This document shows positions 27,796 through 42,029 of a DNA stretch of 64,000 nt, in pieces. Both the position numbers and the translations under genes were made by a program. Each line of letters begins with the position of its first letter. Position 1 is the stretch's first letter. The DNA comes from Chrysomallon squamiferum. Taxonomy: Eukaryota > Animalia > Mollusca. The stretch covers positions 28,334,001 through 28,398,000 of the forward strand of contig CM022670.1 in the NCBI GenBank assembly GCA_012295275.1, read 5' to 3'. Below the pieces are notes generated by a model. The model was not told the origin of the DNA. It ran no database searches and saw only the letters and a list, made by a program, of their open reading frames with translations.

Positions 27796-29409
27796 GTAAT
27801 TTATTTCAATCTTTATTCATTAATCAGAATATATATATTTTTAATTTAAATTTATTATATGTTCTGCATACCTTTTATTGAAATCAATTTTTAATTAAAT
27901 TTTTTCTTTTGTTGTTATTAAATAATAGTGCTTTATTTCAGTTAATTATTGGAAAAAAGTTCACTGTGCTTATGTAAACACTGAAATGCTTAGAAAAGAG
28001 ATAAAGCAAGAGACAAAGAAATTCAAACTGTAAATATATAATGAAAAGAATACAGAATATGAATAAAATATTGCCTTGTTAAATTTAAAACTATGATAAT
28101 CATTAATGATTACTATATTCAGTTGTAGCAGCTGCAAAAATACACTCATAAAAGGACACACACACACACACACACAAAAGAAAAAGGACAAAAAAAGAAA
28201 AGAAAAATAATAACATTCACTCATTTTCAAGTATTCCACTTCTGTTTAATGATAATATATGTTTGATGAAATATGTGAAAAGTAATTCCTTTTTTATACA
28301 TTGTACTCCATCATCTGTTTTTTGTTTTTTTTCAAAATTGATTTTCCATACATAAATGAAATAAAACTTTGCCAGTTGGGTCATTGAAAACACAATAACT
28401 TCGGACCCTACTGAAAAGTTGTCCTGTATTGCTTTTGAGGTATTCTGTCACAATACCAAGTGATGGATTACAGCAGGTTGACAAAGACACCTGAACTATA
28501 AACTAAACCTGAAATTCAAATGTTCTATTGATCAGAGATTATTCATATGATTGTCAGACAATGTAGGATTGAATAGGCAGCACAAAAAAAAGAAAAAAAG
28601 CAATCCCCCCAAAATAAAACAACATCCAAACTTCAGCTGCTGTGATTTAATTAGATAAATAAAAACCAAAGTTAAAAACTTCACCTGTGAAATAGACTTA
28701 TATAATTATCAAACAACCTAGGACTGGAAAAAAATAAATAAAAATAGAACTGTGTTGTTTTAATTATAGAAATAAAAACCAAAGTTTAAAACATCCTCAA
28801 TGTTTTGACTAGGAGAAAGGGTGTAAGCACATCACCCAACTGCACTGGATAGTGTCAACACATTTTTGTCAGCTGAAGGTTTGGAATATATTTCTGTCAC
28901 CCTTATGTAACAATTACATAACAACAGCCTGATGATTAGAAAATATTAAAGCACGAAAATTGTAAACTTTACTGAACTCTGCACTTTAACTTAAATATAG
29001 CAGTCATCATAATCTGGCTGGTGTGTTATAATGATGGATATTTTCTCTACAGGGGTAATTATTATTCAAGATGTTTGGTTGCTCAGTGAAAGTGATAGTG
29101 TACTAGTTGTACTGAATATTCTGATAGTGAAGTGTGATGTCAGTTTGGACAATGATTACCTGTTAGAATTATTTTAGGTACATTTTACTGTTGTTTTAAT
29201 GTGAGCAGTATTAAAGAACTGTGAAAACAATAGCTGTACATTTTTAAATTGTGTGTCTTTTGGTAAAGTTGGATTACTGTTTTATTAATATTCTTTATGT
29301 GTCATTAACAAAAAGAAGAAAGAAAAAAGAATATTTGTTTTGATAATGTCAAGACACATTTAGTTATAAATAATCATTAGATTTCAGACTTACAGTTTTC
29401 TTCTAATGA

Positions 29410-29500
29410 TGTGAAAGGGGAATCAACTGCAATTATTTCATGGGCTATTCTCACTGATTAGCAGCAAGGGATCTTTTATAAACACCTTCCCATAATTATA
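29410..29500 (+). mobile_element. Degenerate copy of a dispersed SINE-like family (core TTAGCAGCAAGGGATCTTTTATA..CACCTTCCCATA)
   Basis: The same core recurs at ~13248 (+), ~21447 (+), ~29757 (+), ~36825 (-) and ~39410 (-). SINE identity is inferred from the dispersed pattern only. Confidence 0.55.
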
Positions 29501-32004
29501 AAAGCTGTGTGCTACAGCAACAGATAAATCTCTTTGAGAAACAGTGCAGTGGGCACAGTCATTAGATGTTTATATATATATAATTATATTATAATATAAA
29601 CATTATTCAAGAACGCAAACCTGATTTTTTTTTTTTTTCCCATGCAGTGCTGCTTTATTTGATAATTATGTGTATGTCTGATCAATATAACATTTACATT
29701 TCAGGTTCACTTTATAGTTCAGATATCTTTTGTCAATCCATGGATTCTCTTATTGATTAACAGCTAGTGAACTTCTATGTGCTTTCTCAGAAAAGTATAT
29801 ACTGTACTATGTCTTTGATAAACCAGTCATGAAGTTCTGGGTGGAATGAGAGACAGCCCAGTGGGCACAGCCAGTACTGAAATGTGAAAGTAATTGTTAA
29901 TTTGTGAAATAAATGGGTTGACAGTGGAACTGGAAGTAGCCTACTGACTAATCAACTTGTGAAAGTAATTATTAACAATTTCAGAATCAAATATGTCAAC
30001 AGTGTATCAGACAGCCAACTACATGTTAGAATTTTCTTGATAATTGTTTTTGTTGTCAGTGACATTAATGAATTGTCTTCATTTGACCAGTGGACACATC
30101 TGAGCAGTGGACATGAAGATAAGTCATCTGTCTTGTCTGCCAGGACATGTCAAAGGACAGAGACATAACTTTGTGGTCACTGATTGATGTTGTTGTCTGT
30201 TCATCCTTTGTTCTGTGCACAATAGAAGTTTGTATCTTTAACATCACTTAGTGGAAATGTTAAGTTAGTATGTGCTAGGATTTCACTTACCACTGGTAAG
30301 AATTATATCTTTTTTTTCTCTATTCTTTATTTTTTTCTATAATGCTGCCATTATATTTTGTTTTAACTGAGAAACAAAGAGAGTGAATGAGAGAGAGATT
30401 TGAAAAAAAAGAAGGTTGTTAAATATATATGTATTTTTAACATCATATACATTGCTGAAAGAGATTTTTGAAAACAGCCAGTATGAGAATTAATCTATTC
30501 ATCAAAGCACTTCTACTCACTATCATAATAAGGCATCTTTGTTTGTTCTGTTTGTTTTATTTGATTAGAACTGGATATTGCTTTGTTTTTTTTTAAAAGA
30601 AGAAAAAAGTTATTTTGATATAACACTGAAAGAGACATTTAATAAAGAAATAAGATTATTTATAATGTATTTCTATATAATTAAACACACACACACACAC
30701 ACACACACAGTCATACACACGTTTGGGATTGTGAAGAGAAAGAGGGAGAGAAAGAAAAAGAAAGAAATACATTTGGCTCTATAATGTTTTATATCACTTA
30801 GATGGGAAATTAGTTATTTTATTATTATCATTATTTTTTAATTTACTATTGATGTTATATATATCTGATCATACAGTTTTGTAATAAAGTATCTGTGGAA
30901 ATCTTCAAAATAAAAAACAAAACTATTCTTAACAAAGAACAACAGAATAAAAACACAAAACACAAAACGTGGAACAGAAAAACAAATCATTCCATCTTTT
31001 TGTTATTCTGAGTTGTTTTTCTAAATGACTATTACATTATAACAAATCAGTTTTGGAAATCTGTATTTATAATTTGTACATGTATCACAAAAAGTGCTGT
31101 TGTTCAAGGAAATGGATAAGGGAAGGGTATAAGAGGAAGATAGAAACAAGATGAAAAAAGAAACCAACAAAAAACAGATGGGATAGTTTATAGGAGAAAT
31201 GACAAAATAAACAGTTACAAGGAGAGACAGACAAAAAGAGAGAGGAATGACCCATGGGAAGAATGAATGTGTTATTTTTTAAAAACATTAGTGGTTTAAA
31301 TGTAAAACAATGTATAAACATCAGTGAAATTTATTGGCTATATTATTTATGATTTTTAAGTTGAAATATATGCATCCATGTCTGAGCATGCATATGTAAA
31401 TGCATGTGTATGTGTATATGACTGCATGTATTGTGTATGTTTATATCAAGGCTTATAAAGAAACTGAATTATGATAAATCTTTAATACAAAGGGCTCTTT
31501 CAGATCACATATAAATGTTTTATACTAAAAATAAATTCTGCAGACAATCTTCCATCTCCTGGATTTCACAAACTTCCAGATATTTTGAAAACTATCTGCC
31601 ACATTCCTGTATTGTCAACAAAACAGTTTGATTTGTGGGTTTATCCAACTTCCAGGACAGACTGACCAGTAAAAGCTGGACCATGGGCAGTGGTCAGGCA
31701 TCCTCAAACATTCTAGTTTTGTCTTATGTCAAGACAGGTCAGTGTAGTAGAAAAATGAGAGTAAAGGAAAATATTTACACATTCTCTACTGGAACAATCT
31801 GATTAAATGTATAGAACATAGAACATTTGTTTAAGGCACTATTGAATTTGGTAAAGTTTAGCTAGCTTTGAAAACTTCTACTACTGAATTAAATTAAAAC
31901 ATTATTTTAACAGAAATGTTAGGTATTTGTGAAGTCTGGCTAGGGTAAAACTTTTAGAATTTTGGAAACAATTTGTCTTTTTTAATGTTTTAATTTTTAA
32001 TTAA

Positions 32005-32275
32005 TTATTTTATTTTATTTTATTTTATTGTTTTTATTTTTTTAAATTTTTTTTTAATAAATTATTTCATTTTTTTATTTTATTTTATTTTATTTTATTT
32101 TATTTTATTTCATTTTTTTATTTTATTTTATTTTATTTTATTTTATTTTATTTTATTTTATTTTATTTTATTTTATTTTATTTTATTGTTTTTATTTTTT
32201 TAAATTTATTTTTAATAAATTATTTTATTTCATTTTATTTTATTTCATTTCATTTCATTTTATTTTATTTTTTCT
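32005..32275. repeat. (TTTTA)n pentanucleotide low-complexity tract
   Basis: Directly visible, with an internal duplication. Confidence 0.95.
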
Positions 32276-33175
32276 CATTTGACACCAAATTAATTTTTTA
32301 TGCAGATTTGAAGTTAATATAATATTATATAATTTTTTTTTTTTTTAAAGTATTGTTGTCTAATTATGTTTATGAATACCCTAGTAATATAATAATAATA
32401 AATTCTAACAGGTTAAACTGGAAATGTATCTGCATGTAAGAAAAAAAGTAATTAAAAACAATAATTGAAAACTATCTTAGACTTACTTGAAAGGAAATTA
32501 TTTAAATTCTAATTTTTAAATAGAAATGTGCATCTGAAAACCTTGAGACAACAATATTACATATTTCCATACTGTCTAAATATTCTGAAATGAGTGTGTT
32601 TAACTTATCTGTTTCTTGAGCATATTGTGATGGATGTCATATCAGCATGAAAAAAGAAACAATTTATAAGGAGTTTCATGCTGACTCAGTCTTTATAAGC
32701 TTTTATGTTTTGTTACTTTTGATCTCATGCATCTCTTTTTACTTTTTAAACTGTTTGTATGCATGCATACATCAATACTTACTTAAATGCACAAAGAAAC
32801 AAAGAGACATGTACACACACAAAAACCCCCACCTCATATGTATATATTTTTATTTTCAGATGGTCCACTGTTATTTCATAATTATCATTCTATTTGAAGC
32901 TGGATATGACAATAGACAAAAAATACGTTTCAATTCTTTGTATCAAAATAAGCATAAAATTGATTTTCATACAGAAAATTATTTAATAATTAAATTCAAA
33001 CATAATTTCACGACAGTATCTTTCATACTGAATAAATGATTTTTATTTTATACATTAAATATATGAATTTTAAAAAAATCTTGTTTTATAATAAAATGAA
33101 TTTTAAAAGAATATGTTATTGTATAAACAAAAATATAATTTTTGCTCCTTTTTTTTTTTCAGGTGAGTTGTTGCC

Positions 33176-34225
33176 ATGGTGATAAAGAGATCTGCTGAAC
33201 ATCAAATTATGCAGTGTTATGGAAGAAGACTGCTTTTTTCTCAGTGTGGAAAACACTGCCCCAAACTGAGCAGATACAAGTTGATGGGATTCATAATTGT
33301 ACTAACATCCATTGTGTTTATTGTGTGGTCGTATCAAAACCTTACACTCCTCAAGAAGGTTGTCGTATGCTTTCAGTCGGCTGACTCAGCCAACAGGTCC
33401 CTGAGTGTGAAGCGGACTCGCGGTCGCATGCATTCCCCGCACACCAGGCGACGACTGCCGCAGTGTCTCATCATTGGTGTTCGAAAAGCTGGTTCCAGAG
33501 CCTTGCTGAACTTCCTAAATCTTCACTCCAGAATCCAGACAGCGAGTCGAGAGATCCATTTCTTTGACCATGATGACAACTACAGTCAAGGATACGACTG
33601 GTACCGACAGCAGATGCCATATACGTTCAAAGACCAAATTACTATTGAAAAGTCTCCATCGTATTTTGTTGTGAATGGTGTTCCGGAGCGGGTGTTTCAG
33701 ATGAACAGAACAATAAAACTCATGTTGATTGTGCGAGAACCAGTAGCGAGGGCAGTTTCTGACTACTTGCAGATTCGTGACGTCAGACTGAACAGAGGGA
33801 AGGTCATGGAACCATTTGAAAAATTAGCCATCAACAATGAAACCGGAGAAATCAACCGGTCTTATAATGCAATAAAACGTTCTGTGTATCACCGCCATTT
33901 GCAAAAATGGCTGCTGTTTTTTGATTTTGATCAGATTCATATCATAGATGGAGACAATTTGGTCAAACGCCCTTGGGAAGAAATGTATTTTGCTGAGAAC
34001 TTTTTGGGTTTAGAACACGAAATAACAAAAGAAAATTTTGTGTTTAATTCAACTCGTGGATTTTACTGTACTGTTTCAGAAACACAGCTACAGCATTGTC
34101 TGTCACAGGGCAAAGGTCGACCACACCCAAATATTGACAAACAGCTCCTTTGGAAGCTGAAGAATTTTTTTCATCCTTTAAATGAGAAATTTTTTCGAAT
34201 GATTGGTCGACGGTTTAATTGGTGA
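33176..34225 (+). CDS. HS3ST: HS3ST-like protein, paralog B; single coding exon
   Basis: 349 aa ORF with GCCATGG Kozak context, TM segment LMGFIIVLTSIVFIVWSY, and motifs IIGVRKAGSRALLNFL, EIHFFD, EKSPSYF, REPVARAVSDYLQ, FNSTRGFYC...CLSQGKGRPHP. Poly-T tract plus CAG acceptor ends at 33162. Confidence 0.95.
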   Translation: MVIKRSAEHQIMQCYGRRLLFSQCGKHCPKLSRYKLMGFIIVLTSIVFIVWSYQNLTLLKKVVVCFQSADSANRSLSVKRTRGRMHSPHTRRRLPQCLIIGVRKAGSRALLNFLNLHSRIQTASREIHFFDHDDNYSQGYDWYRQQMPYTFKDQITIEKSPSYFVVNGVPERVFQMNRTIKLMLIVREPVARAVSDYLQIRDVRLNRGKVMEPFEKLAINNETGEINRSYNAIKRSVYHRHLQKWLLFFDFDQIHIIDGDNLVKRPWEEMYFAENFLGLEHEITKENFVFNSTRGFYCTVSETQLQHCLSQGKGRPHPNIDKQLLWKLKNFFHPLNEKFFRMIGRRFNW

Positions 34226-34741
34226 TAGAATTGTTTATAATTTTTAAGTGCTAATTGTTTTTGGTTTTTTTGTTGTTTTTTTTATTATTGGTTTGTTTGT
34301 ATGTTATGTAATTTGTTTTGTTTTTAAAAAAAGTTTGATTTTGATTTTATTTTTAATCAGAACTCAGATTGTGCCATCATTTTAATTAATCTTTTAATTT
34401 CATTTTTATCATAAAAAGCATTTCATTTTTATTTCTTATTTACTTAACATGTTTTCTTCTTTTTGTTATATTGCTTTTTAAAGCTGGAATATATACATTT
34501 ATTGTGAATGTTAGATTATTATAGAACTGGTTTATAAAATTTTGTAGCTTTTAAATTTTCCACATTTAACACATCAAGAAAGAATAATTATGAATAGAAA
34601 ACAAATTGCCTCAGTCTTTTATGACAAATCCATTTATCAAATAAAAATTATGACCTGGTTCTTAATGTAAAGTACATATTGTAATAATAGCAAAAGTGTA
34701 TTAATATTGTTACTACAAGTTAATACAAATTAATAACAAGT

Positions 34742-35022
34742 CGTGGCAGTAACTACATTGAGGCAAATGCCTCATATCAAAATTAAAGGTTTTTTTTTTT
34801 TCTTCAATGATTTTATTTAAAAATATAAAATATAAATTTCTATTCCCATAGAAATAATATCCACTGAATGAATTCGTTTATATCTACAGTTATCGTTTGA
34901 AATCTACTGAGATCGTTGTAGTAAAAGACATATCTGACTTCAAAGACCTCAGACATCAAACAGGTTTATCAGTGATTATGTGTTTAATGCCTCGTTTCAA
35001 AAAGAGTCTAGTTATGGTCATG
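34742..35022. mobile_element. Possible short degenerate MITE downstream of paralog B
   Basis: Imperfect inverted termini CGTGGCAGTAACTAC / CTAGTTATGGTCATG (10/15) with subterminal TGAGGCA / TGCCTCG. No convincing TSD. Confidence 0.3.
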
Positions 35023-37880
35023 CAAGTAATCATTTTTTTAAATGATGTTTTTGAATTAGATGAAAATAACAGTTAATTTACACTTACGAATGTTAATAAA
35101 AATGTAAACTGATTTTAATGTTAATAAAATTAGTTAATAATCATATATAGAGACTATGTGAACCTGCCTTAGCTCTTATTAACTAGTGAATACACCAACA
35201 AGTAAGAATGTTACTAATTTTAATGTTGTTTTTGATTTTGATTTTTTTTTTAATAGTATTATGACAAAACAGTAAATATCTTTACAAATATCAAACCTGT
35301 CTATTCATAGTCAATAATTTCTGTCATAAACTGCAGTTTTCAAATGGATTTTTTTGTATTATATGTAATAATGATTGTATAAGGTACATGTGCATGTGCA
35401 TATAATCATATTATACATGTATATGTTACATAACAGATTTTTACTAATGTCAGTAATTTATATAAACAGCTAGAATCTACTGTTAGTGTAGATATCCAAC
35501 CAAAAACCAGAGTAGATTTTCTACCGGTAGTCCGTGATCATTCCACGAAATGTCATCATCCAGTGATTCTAATAAACATAAATCTATCACTTTTCATTTA
35601 GATTTGACAATAATGTTTTCAAAGCATGTTTACTTAAATTTATTTATTTTTATTATTATTATCTTCTTATAAGTCCATATTTTTGCTATCATATAAGTTC
35701 AAAATGGCAGACAACAGATTCACATTAGCTGGTGATATTTGAAAAAATAAAAAAATAAAATAAAAACAATTCTCAAGAACAACATTCTGACAATTACGTG
35801 CAATTACCAGTGGCAACTTTAAAAACAAACAAAATGATAAACATTCCCGTTTTCTGTTTGAGTTTAGTATTCAGGAATAAATTCCATAATATTCTCAGGG
35901 AAAGTCAAATCAATACTCATGTTGTTGTTATTTCTAATAATTAAAAAAGTCTTACTTCTTTCATGCATTAGGATGCCTGATTAAAAAATAATTAGTGCTC
36001 AAAAGTCATATCTGTAAAAATCTGAATGAAGCTGTTTTAATAAACAAAAAAGACTTTCTATGCAGAACATGTTATTTATTAGTTATCAGTTTTTCAAATT
36101 CTGAATTAGAAAATAACATTGGTTTAAGGATTTTGTAATATGTGTTTGTTTTTTTGTTTTTGTTTTATTTATTTATTTATTTATTTATTTAGTTATGTAT
36201 TTATTTATTTATTTAGTTATGTATTTATTCTGTTATTATTAGTTTTATTTTTACTTTTATAATTTTGTATTTTTTTCATCACGTGCGCTGTTATTTATAT
36301 TAGAAAAAATAAAATAGAATCTATGTTAATAAATTAGTGATAATATTCACAAGTCATTTTAAAACCAGTTAGTTTTTTATTTATTTCCATATTAGTATAA
36401 AGCAGTTTAAACATTTTTTGTTAACTTTATTATTTTTATATTCTGAAATGAAGGAAAACATACAACAGTACCGACATGTTAGGTAAGAAAATAATTAGAA
36501 GAATCAATGCTCACATTTTTTATAATCATACGTGTTCATTATAATTATTCTTTAGAATATTTTACTGAGATCTATTTTATGAGAGATCTTATAGAGAAAT
36601 TTGTTTTTTACAGCCTAAAACATTTGACTATGAGTAGATTTTAGATGAAATGAAAAACATATGACTTGATTAATATTATTGTTTTTATTACTATTACTAG
36701 ATATCATCATCATCAAATAAATTAATCTGACACCTAAAAGGATTGATTCTCCCACTCTATTTTTTTTTAATCAAAGCTAACTTCTGATTAGTTTTCTGAA
36801 AGTCATGGTTGTGTGTTTTCTGTTTATGGGAAGTTCACATAGCAGATCTTGTACTGCTAATTGAAATAAAGTAGTTCTTTGCATGACAGTAGTAGTTTAG
36901 TCTTATTACCTTAATGACTTTAAACTATATATATGATATTATATAAAAATATATTAAAAATATCTTGTGTGCATAATTTAATTTAAAAAAAAAACCATCT
37001 CTTTATTTTCATACCTCAAAATTAAATCTTTGCCAGGTTAAACATATTGATATATTTATGCTTGTCTACATTGCATATTTTTGTGTTTGTGTTATTTATT
37101 TATTTATTTATTTATTTATTTTTTATTATTAATTATTAATTAATATTTATTATTAATATTTTGAATTTAATATTATTGTCAGAGTTATGTCCCTTGGCTC
37201 TTCTCTCAGGTTTGATTATTTTACAATTTTGTTTACTTTTAAATAATTTTTACTTCATTGTAGTCCATATTTACAATAGAACAGAATATAATATTATATG
37301 TAATACTCATGTTTGCAGATATGCCACATATATATTATAGCAATGGAAAATACAAATTAAAATTATAATCTTTAAAACAAATGTATTAGTTTTTTTTTTG
37401 TTTTTTTATTGTTTGCATTTGAAAATTACTTATTGCATTAGAAAACTAAATGGTTGTGTTGTGTTTGAAAATTAATTGTTGATGAATTTAGTTTTCTTTG
37501 TTTTACTTACTGGTATATTGTTGGCAGCAGTATATTTTTGAAAAGAGTTTCTTCAGGTTTTTAACACATTTTAAAAATCATGAATCCGTTTTTTTACTAC
37601 ATCTGTTGGTTTCTGGGTAATGCACAACATTTGTTTTGTTTAATTTGGTGATTGTGGTTTGTTGTAGTTTTTACTTTTTCTTTCTATATGCAACTCATGA
37701 TTGTTCTACTAAAACCATGCATATGAAAATTCAAAGTAAATTAATGTATTTGAAAATAGTATTTCTTAGTATCAAAAATATTTTCATGAACTCTTTATTG
37801 GTTATAAATTTACAGAAATATTGGGTAATTTACTCTTTTTTCTTCTTATATTATATTATTATTATTATTAATATTTTTAA

Positions 37881-37914
<34 letters not shown>

Positions 37915-38983
37915 TATCTTATATTTTTCTTAGAAAACTGATTTCTATTTTTGTATTGCTCATTGATCTATCAAATATGTTTATGTTGTTTGATCCAAGT
38001 TTATACAGACTGAGTATCCACTTTCTGAAAATTATGTCGTTATATTTGTAAACACTTATACAGCTTTGAGTTAGTTTTATATATTATTTTAAATCATTTT
38101 AAAAGAATGTTTGTATACATCCAATTTCAAAAACTTATTAAAAATTCTAGAAAATTTCAGACAAGCGATGTGCACAGCTTCTAATACATTTATAAAATAT
38201 TCCTGGGATTAATTTGAAAGCATTTTGATTGATATCCATTCTTGCTATATCAGCCAAATTTATTTAGAAATTTTTATGTATTCATTGTTGCTATAACTGA
38301 TAAATGTATTTAGAAATTTTTACACAGTATTCATCTAATTTTCTCAGAATTTTTTTTTTTTTTTTTTTTTTTTTTCATATCTAACTAATTATGTTGTATA
38401 AAATCATTTCTTGATGCAAGATACATACACCTTATTTCATTGTTATGGTTTTGTTGTAACTGTATTTTGCTTAGAATTTCTGTTAATTTGTTATGTTGTA
38501 TCAAAATTCTCTAATATAAGTATTATCCACTGAAATAAATAGTTTCCATTTTAGTTACAAATGTTTTATTTTAAAAAATTATTTTAAAATTTAGTTTTCT
38601 TGTGATCTTATTTTAAATTTTTGTAATATTTTATTCTAAAAGAGTTAAATTTATTTAGAAACATATTTATTCTTGTTTTTAATTTTTTGTTGTTGTCAAA
38701 AGTACATTTTTCTTAGATATTTTTTGTAAAAACTTACTTATGTGCCTGTTGAAATTCTTTGTTTCTGGTATAAATCTTCTTCTTTCTTTATTTATTTATT
38801 ATCATCATCGTTTTCTGTATTTATTTTTTTGTTAAACAATTTGTTGTTTTTTTTCTCTCAGAATTTGTGACATAACATTTGATGTACTTTTTCACATAAT
38901 TTTATTTCTCTCTCAAGAATTATTTGAAATGTTTGGTTTGATTTACTTGACTCTCAGGTTTGGCTTGTTTCCTGCTGACTGGA

Positions 38984-39066
38984 ACTCATATCACTTTGTG
39001 AAAACATAACTATTTTCAGTCAATAACAGAACTCGCATCACTTTGTGAAAACGTAACTATTTTCAG
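38984..39066. repeat. 47-bp direct duplication (ACTC..ATCACTTTGTGAAAAC.TAACTATTTTCAG)
   Basis: Two adjacent near-identical copies. Confidence 0.85.
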
Positions 39067-40376
39067 AAATAACTTTTTTCAGACAACGTCAACACGGAAC
39101 TGTATACGTGTACGTCTGTATGTATATACAAATAAAAATAACTTTATAAAATGTATTTTTGTTTCTGTTTTTTATTACATTTAAATCACCAGGCTTTCAC
39201 TAACCAAAGTTTTAAAACTGTCAATCATATTAAGTTGTTTGGCTTAGCTGATGAAAATTTGGGTCTATTTCCGATTTCAACCAATGTCACACAGCTGTTA
39301 TGTGTTTTCCTGTCTTTAAAGATTCAGAGCACAAATTAGCATGTTTCCTTTCATCGCTAAATATTCCACCATCAACTAGTTTAAGAAAGGCAGTAATGTC
39401 TTTTCCTGTTTATGGGAAGGTGCATATAAGACATCTCGTTACTATTCATGAGCAGCCTGTCTCTTATTATCTCTGTATTCCTTAAATCCATATATTACAA
39501 GTGAATAAAAACCACTGGTTCATTTAAAATACTTGGTTTTTCTTTTTTCTTCTTTCTGAAAACTGTTTATCAGAAATTTTAAACATTTGATTTCCAATAG
39601 CATAAGAAACAAAATATATTTGGATTCAAAATGAATTTCAGTAATTCTAAAGAAAGGATGTAGCTCACTGGTTGGAGTGCAGTAATGAGGTGTGACACAC
39701 TGTATGTTCTATCCAGTATCCATTAATATGTACATATAATTTTTTTTTTTAAATTGTTTTGACCTTTCTTATCTGTTGTGAGTGTGTGTGTGTGTGTAAT
39801 TTTTTTACTACCAAATAATAAAGTGTAGTCTGTAAGTGATAACAGTGGATTTCCTGTGATATTTCATCAACAAAATTATAATTACAAAATATGTACTGGA
39901 TGACTGTTAAAATTTAAATGTGCTGAGGTCTCATTAAACCAGTATTCATTCCATTCACTGATTTTAACTCTAGAAATTAATTTTAGACTTGTGATCAGTG
40001 TACTGGACAGACGTCTGAACCAGGATGTCATTACAGGAATAACTGACAGAAACTCACACAACATTACATCATTTATATCAGTTATTATCCACAGTCTCGT
40101 AATCATCTGAGGTAACATGAGCAATATGTCTGCTGACTCATTTTCTGATCCAGTGTATCGACTGTGCTATGTACTTTGCTTGAAGTGCACATGAAAAATC
40201 TTGTTGGGTCTAATGTAAAATATAAACCAATAAATGGTGGCAGGGTTTGCTTCTTTTGTAATTTTTTAATACTTGTGAAAAAAAAATAAAAAAAATAAAG
40301 TATTACACTGCTATGTTACCTGTTCATTAACCTTTCATTGATTTATTCATTTATCTACAATTAACACGGACAGCTA

Positions 40377-40490
40377 TTTCTGAATATGCTGTTTATTTAA
40401 GAAAGAAAAAATTCAAATATATATATATATATATATTTTTTTTTTTCTTTATCTTCCTTCTTCTTCTTAAATAAGCAGCATATTCAGAAA
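40377..40490. repeat. Inverted repeat with 27-bp arms (26/27) around an (AT)n core
   Basis: TTTCTGAATATGCTGTTTATTTAAGAA (40377-40403) pairs with TTCTTAAATAAGCAGCATATTCAGAAA (40464-40490). Confidence 0.9.
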
Positions 40491-40879
40491 ATTTTGCTGT
40501 AGAACTTTGACCTTGTTCTTAGCATTTTCAAATGTGAGACAATTTTAACATTTTTAAATTGTTATTATTATTTATTTATTTTATTTTATATAAACTTTAA
40601 TTTGCATTACTTTGTTGTATAATCAAATTCTAGATTAAAAACTTAGTAAAAATAAAATTTATAAATGTTAACAAGTTTATCTGAAGTAAACTATTATTCT
40701 TAGTAGTAGTAGTAGTAATTAAAAGTATTTATTCTACTATAGGCTTTTCAAGGCTGATAAATCTTAACAAATTACAAGTGAAAAATTAATGTGTTAAAAA
40801 TTTCTCTGATAAAAACTTTTGATCCACCCCCGTGAAGATGTTTAAAAATAGAAAAGAATGACATACAATAATTTATTTA

Positions 40880-41184
40880 CAACGTCATTGATGTGAATGC
40901 AATGTCACAGGATTGCGCATGACCATTGTTCCATTGAGAGCTCACAGGAAATAGACCAGCTCATTTGATGAAGATGTACTTCCGGGAAGGGCGAGAAACA
41001 GCCTAGAACATTTCCTTGATTTTTATTTACTTTTTGCTAGCCAGAATGGAGGAAAGGTTTGTGTAGATGTTTTTATTTTGCTATAGTTTGATTTTAAGTT
41101 GATTTAAAAACCTCGAAGTCTCCAGTAACAATGAATTTGTTTAATTTAAAGAAACACTCATTATTCATTGAGTGACAGGTACGT
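40880..41184 (+). promoter_or_regulatory. Candidate promoter and non-coding first exon of paralog C
   Basis: Local CpG enrichment (~40.9-41.5 kb) in otherwise CpG-poor DNA. ETS core ACTTCCGG at 40978-40985, NRF1-like TGCGCATG at 40914-40921, and donor CAG|GTACGT at 41178/41179, predicting intron 41179-42013. Confidence 0.55.
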
Positions 41185-42029
41185 TTGTATTCACGATATT
41201 CACCGTATTACGGTATTGTCTCTTTGACGTGTCGCCGATTTTCTGTTTGAAGCTTTCAGTGTTAAATTTAGGACGTTTGTGAGTATTTGTGTATATGTAA
41301 GCACTACTTGCAGACGATGTTGATGTTTTAAAACCTAACTGTGCAAATTAATCGAATGAAACTGTGCAGCGTTATCACAGTTAGTTATAGCGATCACATA
41401 CTGGATAAGTGTGTGATGTATATCGTCCGTATGGCATGCGGTACACATTCTTAATTAAATTACTTCAGTAGCCTGGCGACGCACATTTTGTAAGTTTAAA
41501 TTAAAATGATTATTAATGTATGTGTACTGTAGATTTTAAATTTTCATTATTATTATTATTTTAGTTTAATTTTTGTAAGTTAGATAGCATTCTTACAGTT
41601 TTCAAATGATTTTGCTTTATTTTGAAAATAGTAAAACTGCATACAGATTACAAAGATGTTTATTCTTAAAAACATAATCAAGAATTCCATTACATGCTGA
41701 GTTAATATTGATTTAACAGTGAATAAAACTAAATACTAATTTGCAATTTCTGGCAATATGTTTTAATTCTAATAACACTTGTTGATTTTATTTGTTATAA
41801 ATCTGTTGGTACTATCTGTGCCAAACTTCAACTTTTAAAATATGTATTATATACCTGTCTGTAGATATACATAGATATAGATCTTTATATATCTATATAT
41901 CTATTTTCTGTGTCTGTTGACTCTGTATCTGTATCTGTCTATTTTACCTGTTATTTCTCTTTTTACTTTAGAGTTTACTTGAATTTATTTCTAATTTTAT
42001 TTCTGTTTTTCAGGTTTTAACAAGTAGCT

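Noticed and set aside
39655-39730. tRNA-like start (GGATGTAGCTCACTGGTTGGAGTGC)
   Set aside because: No T-arm/B-box or acceptor stem; at most a decayed SINE head.
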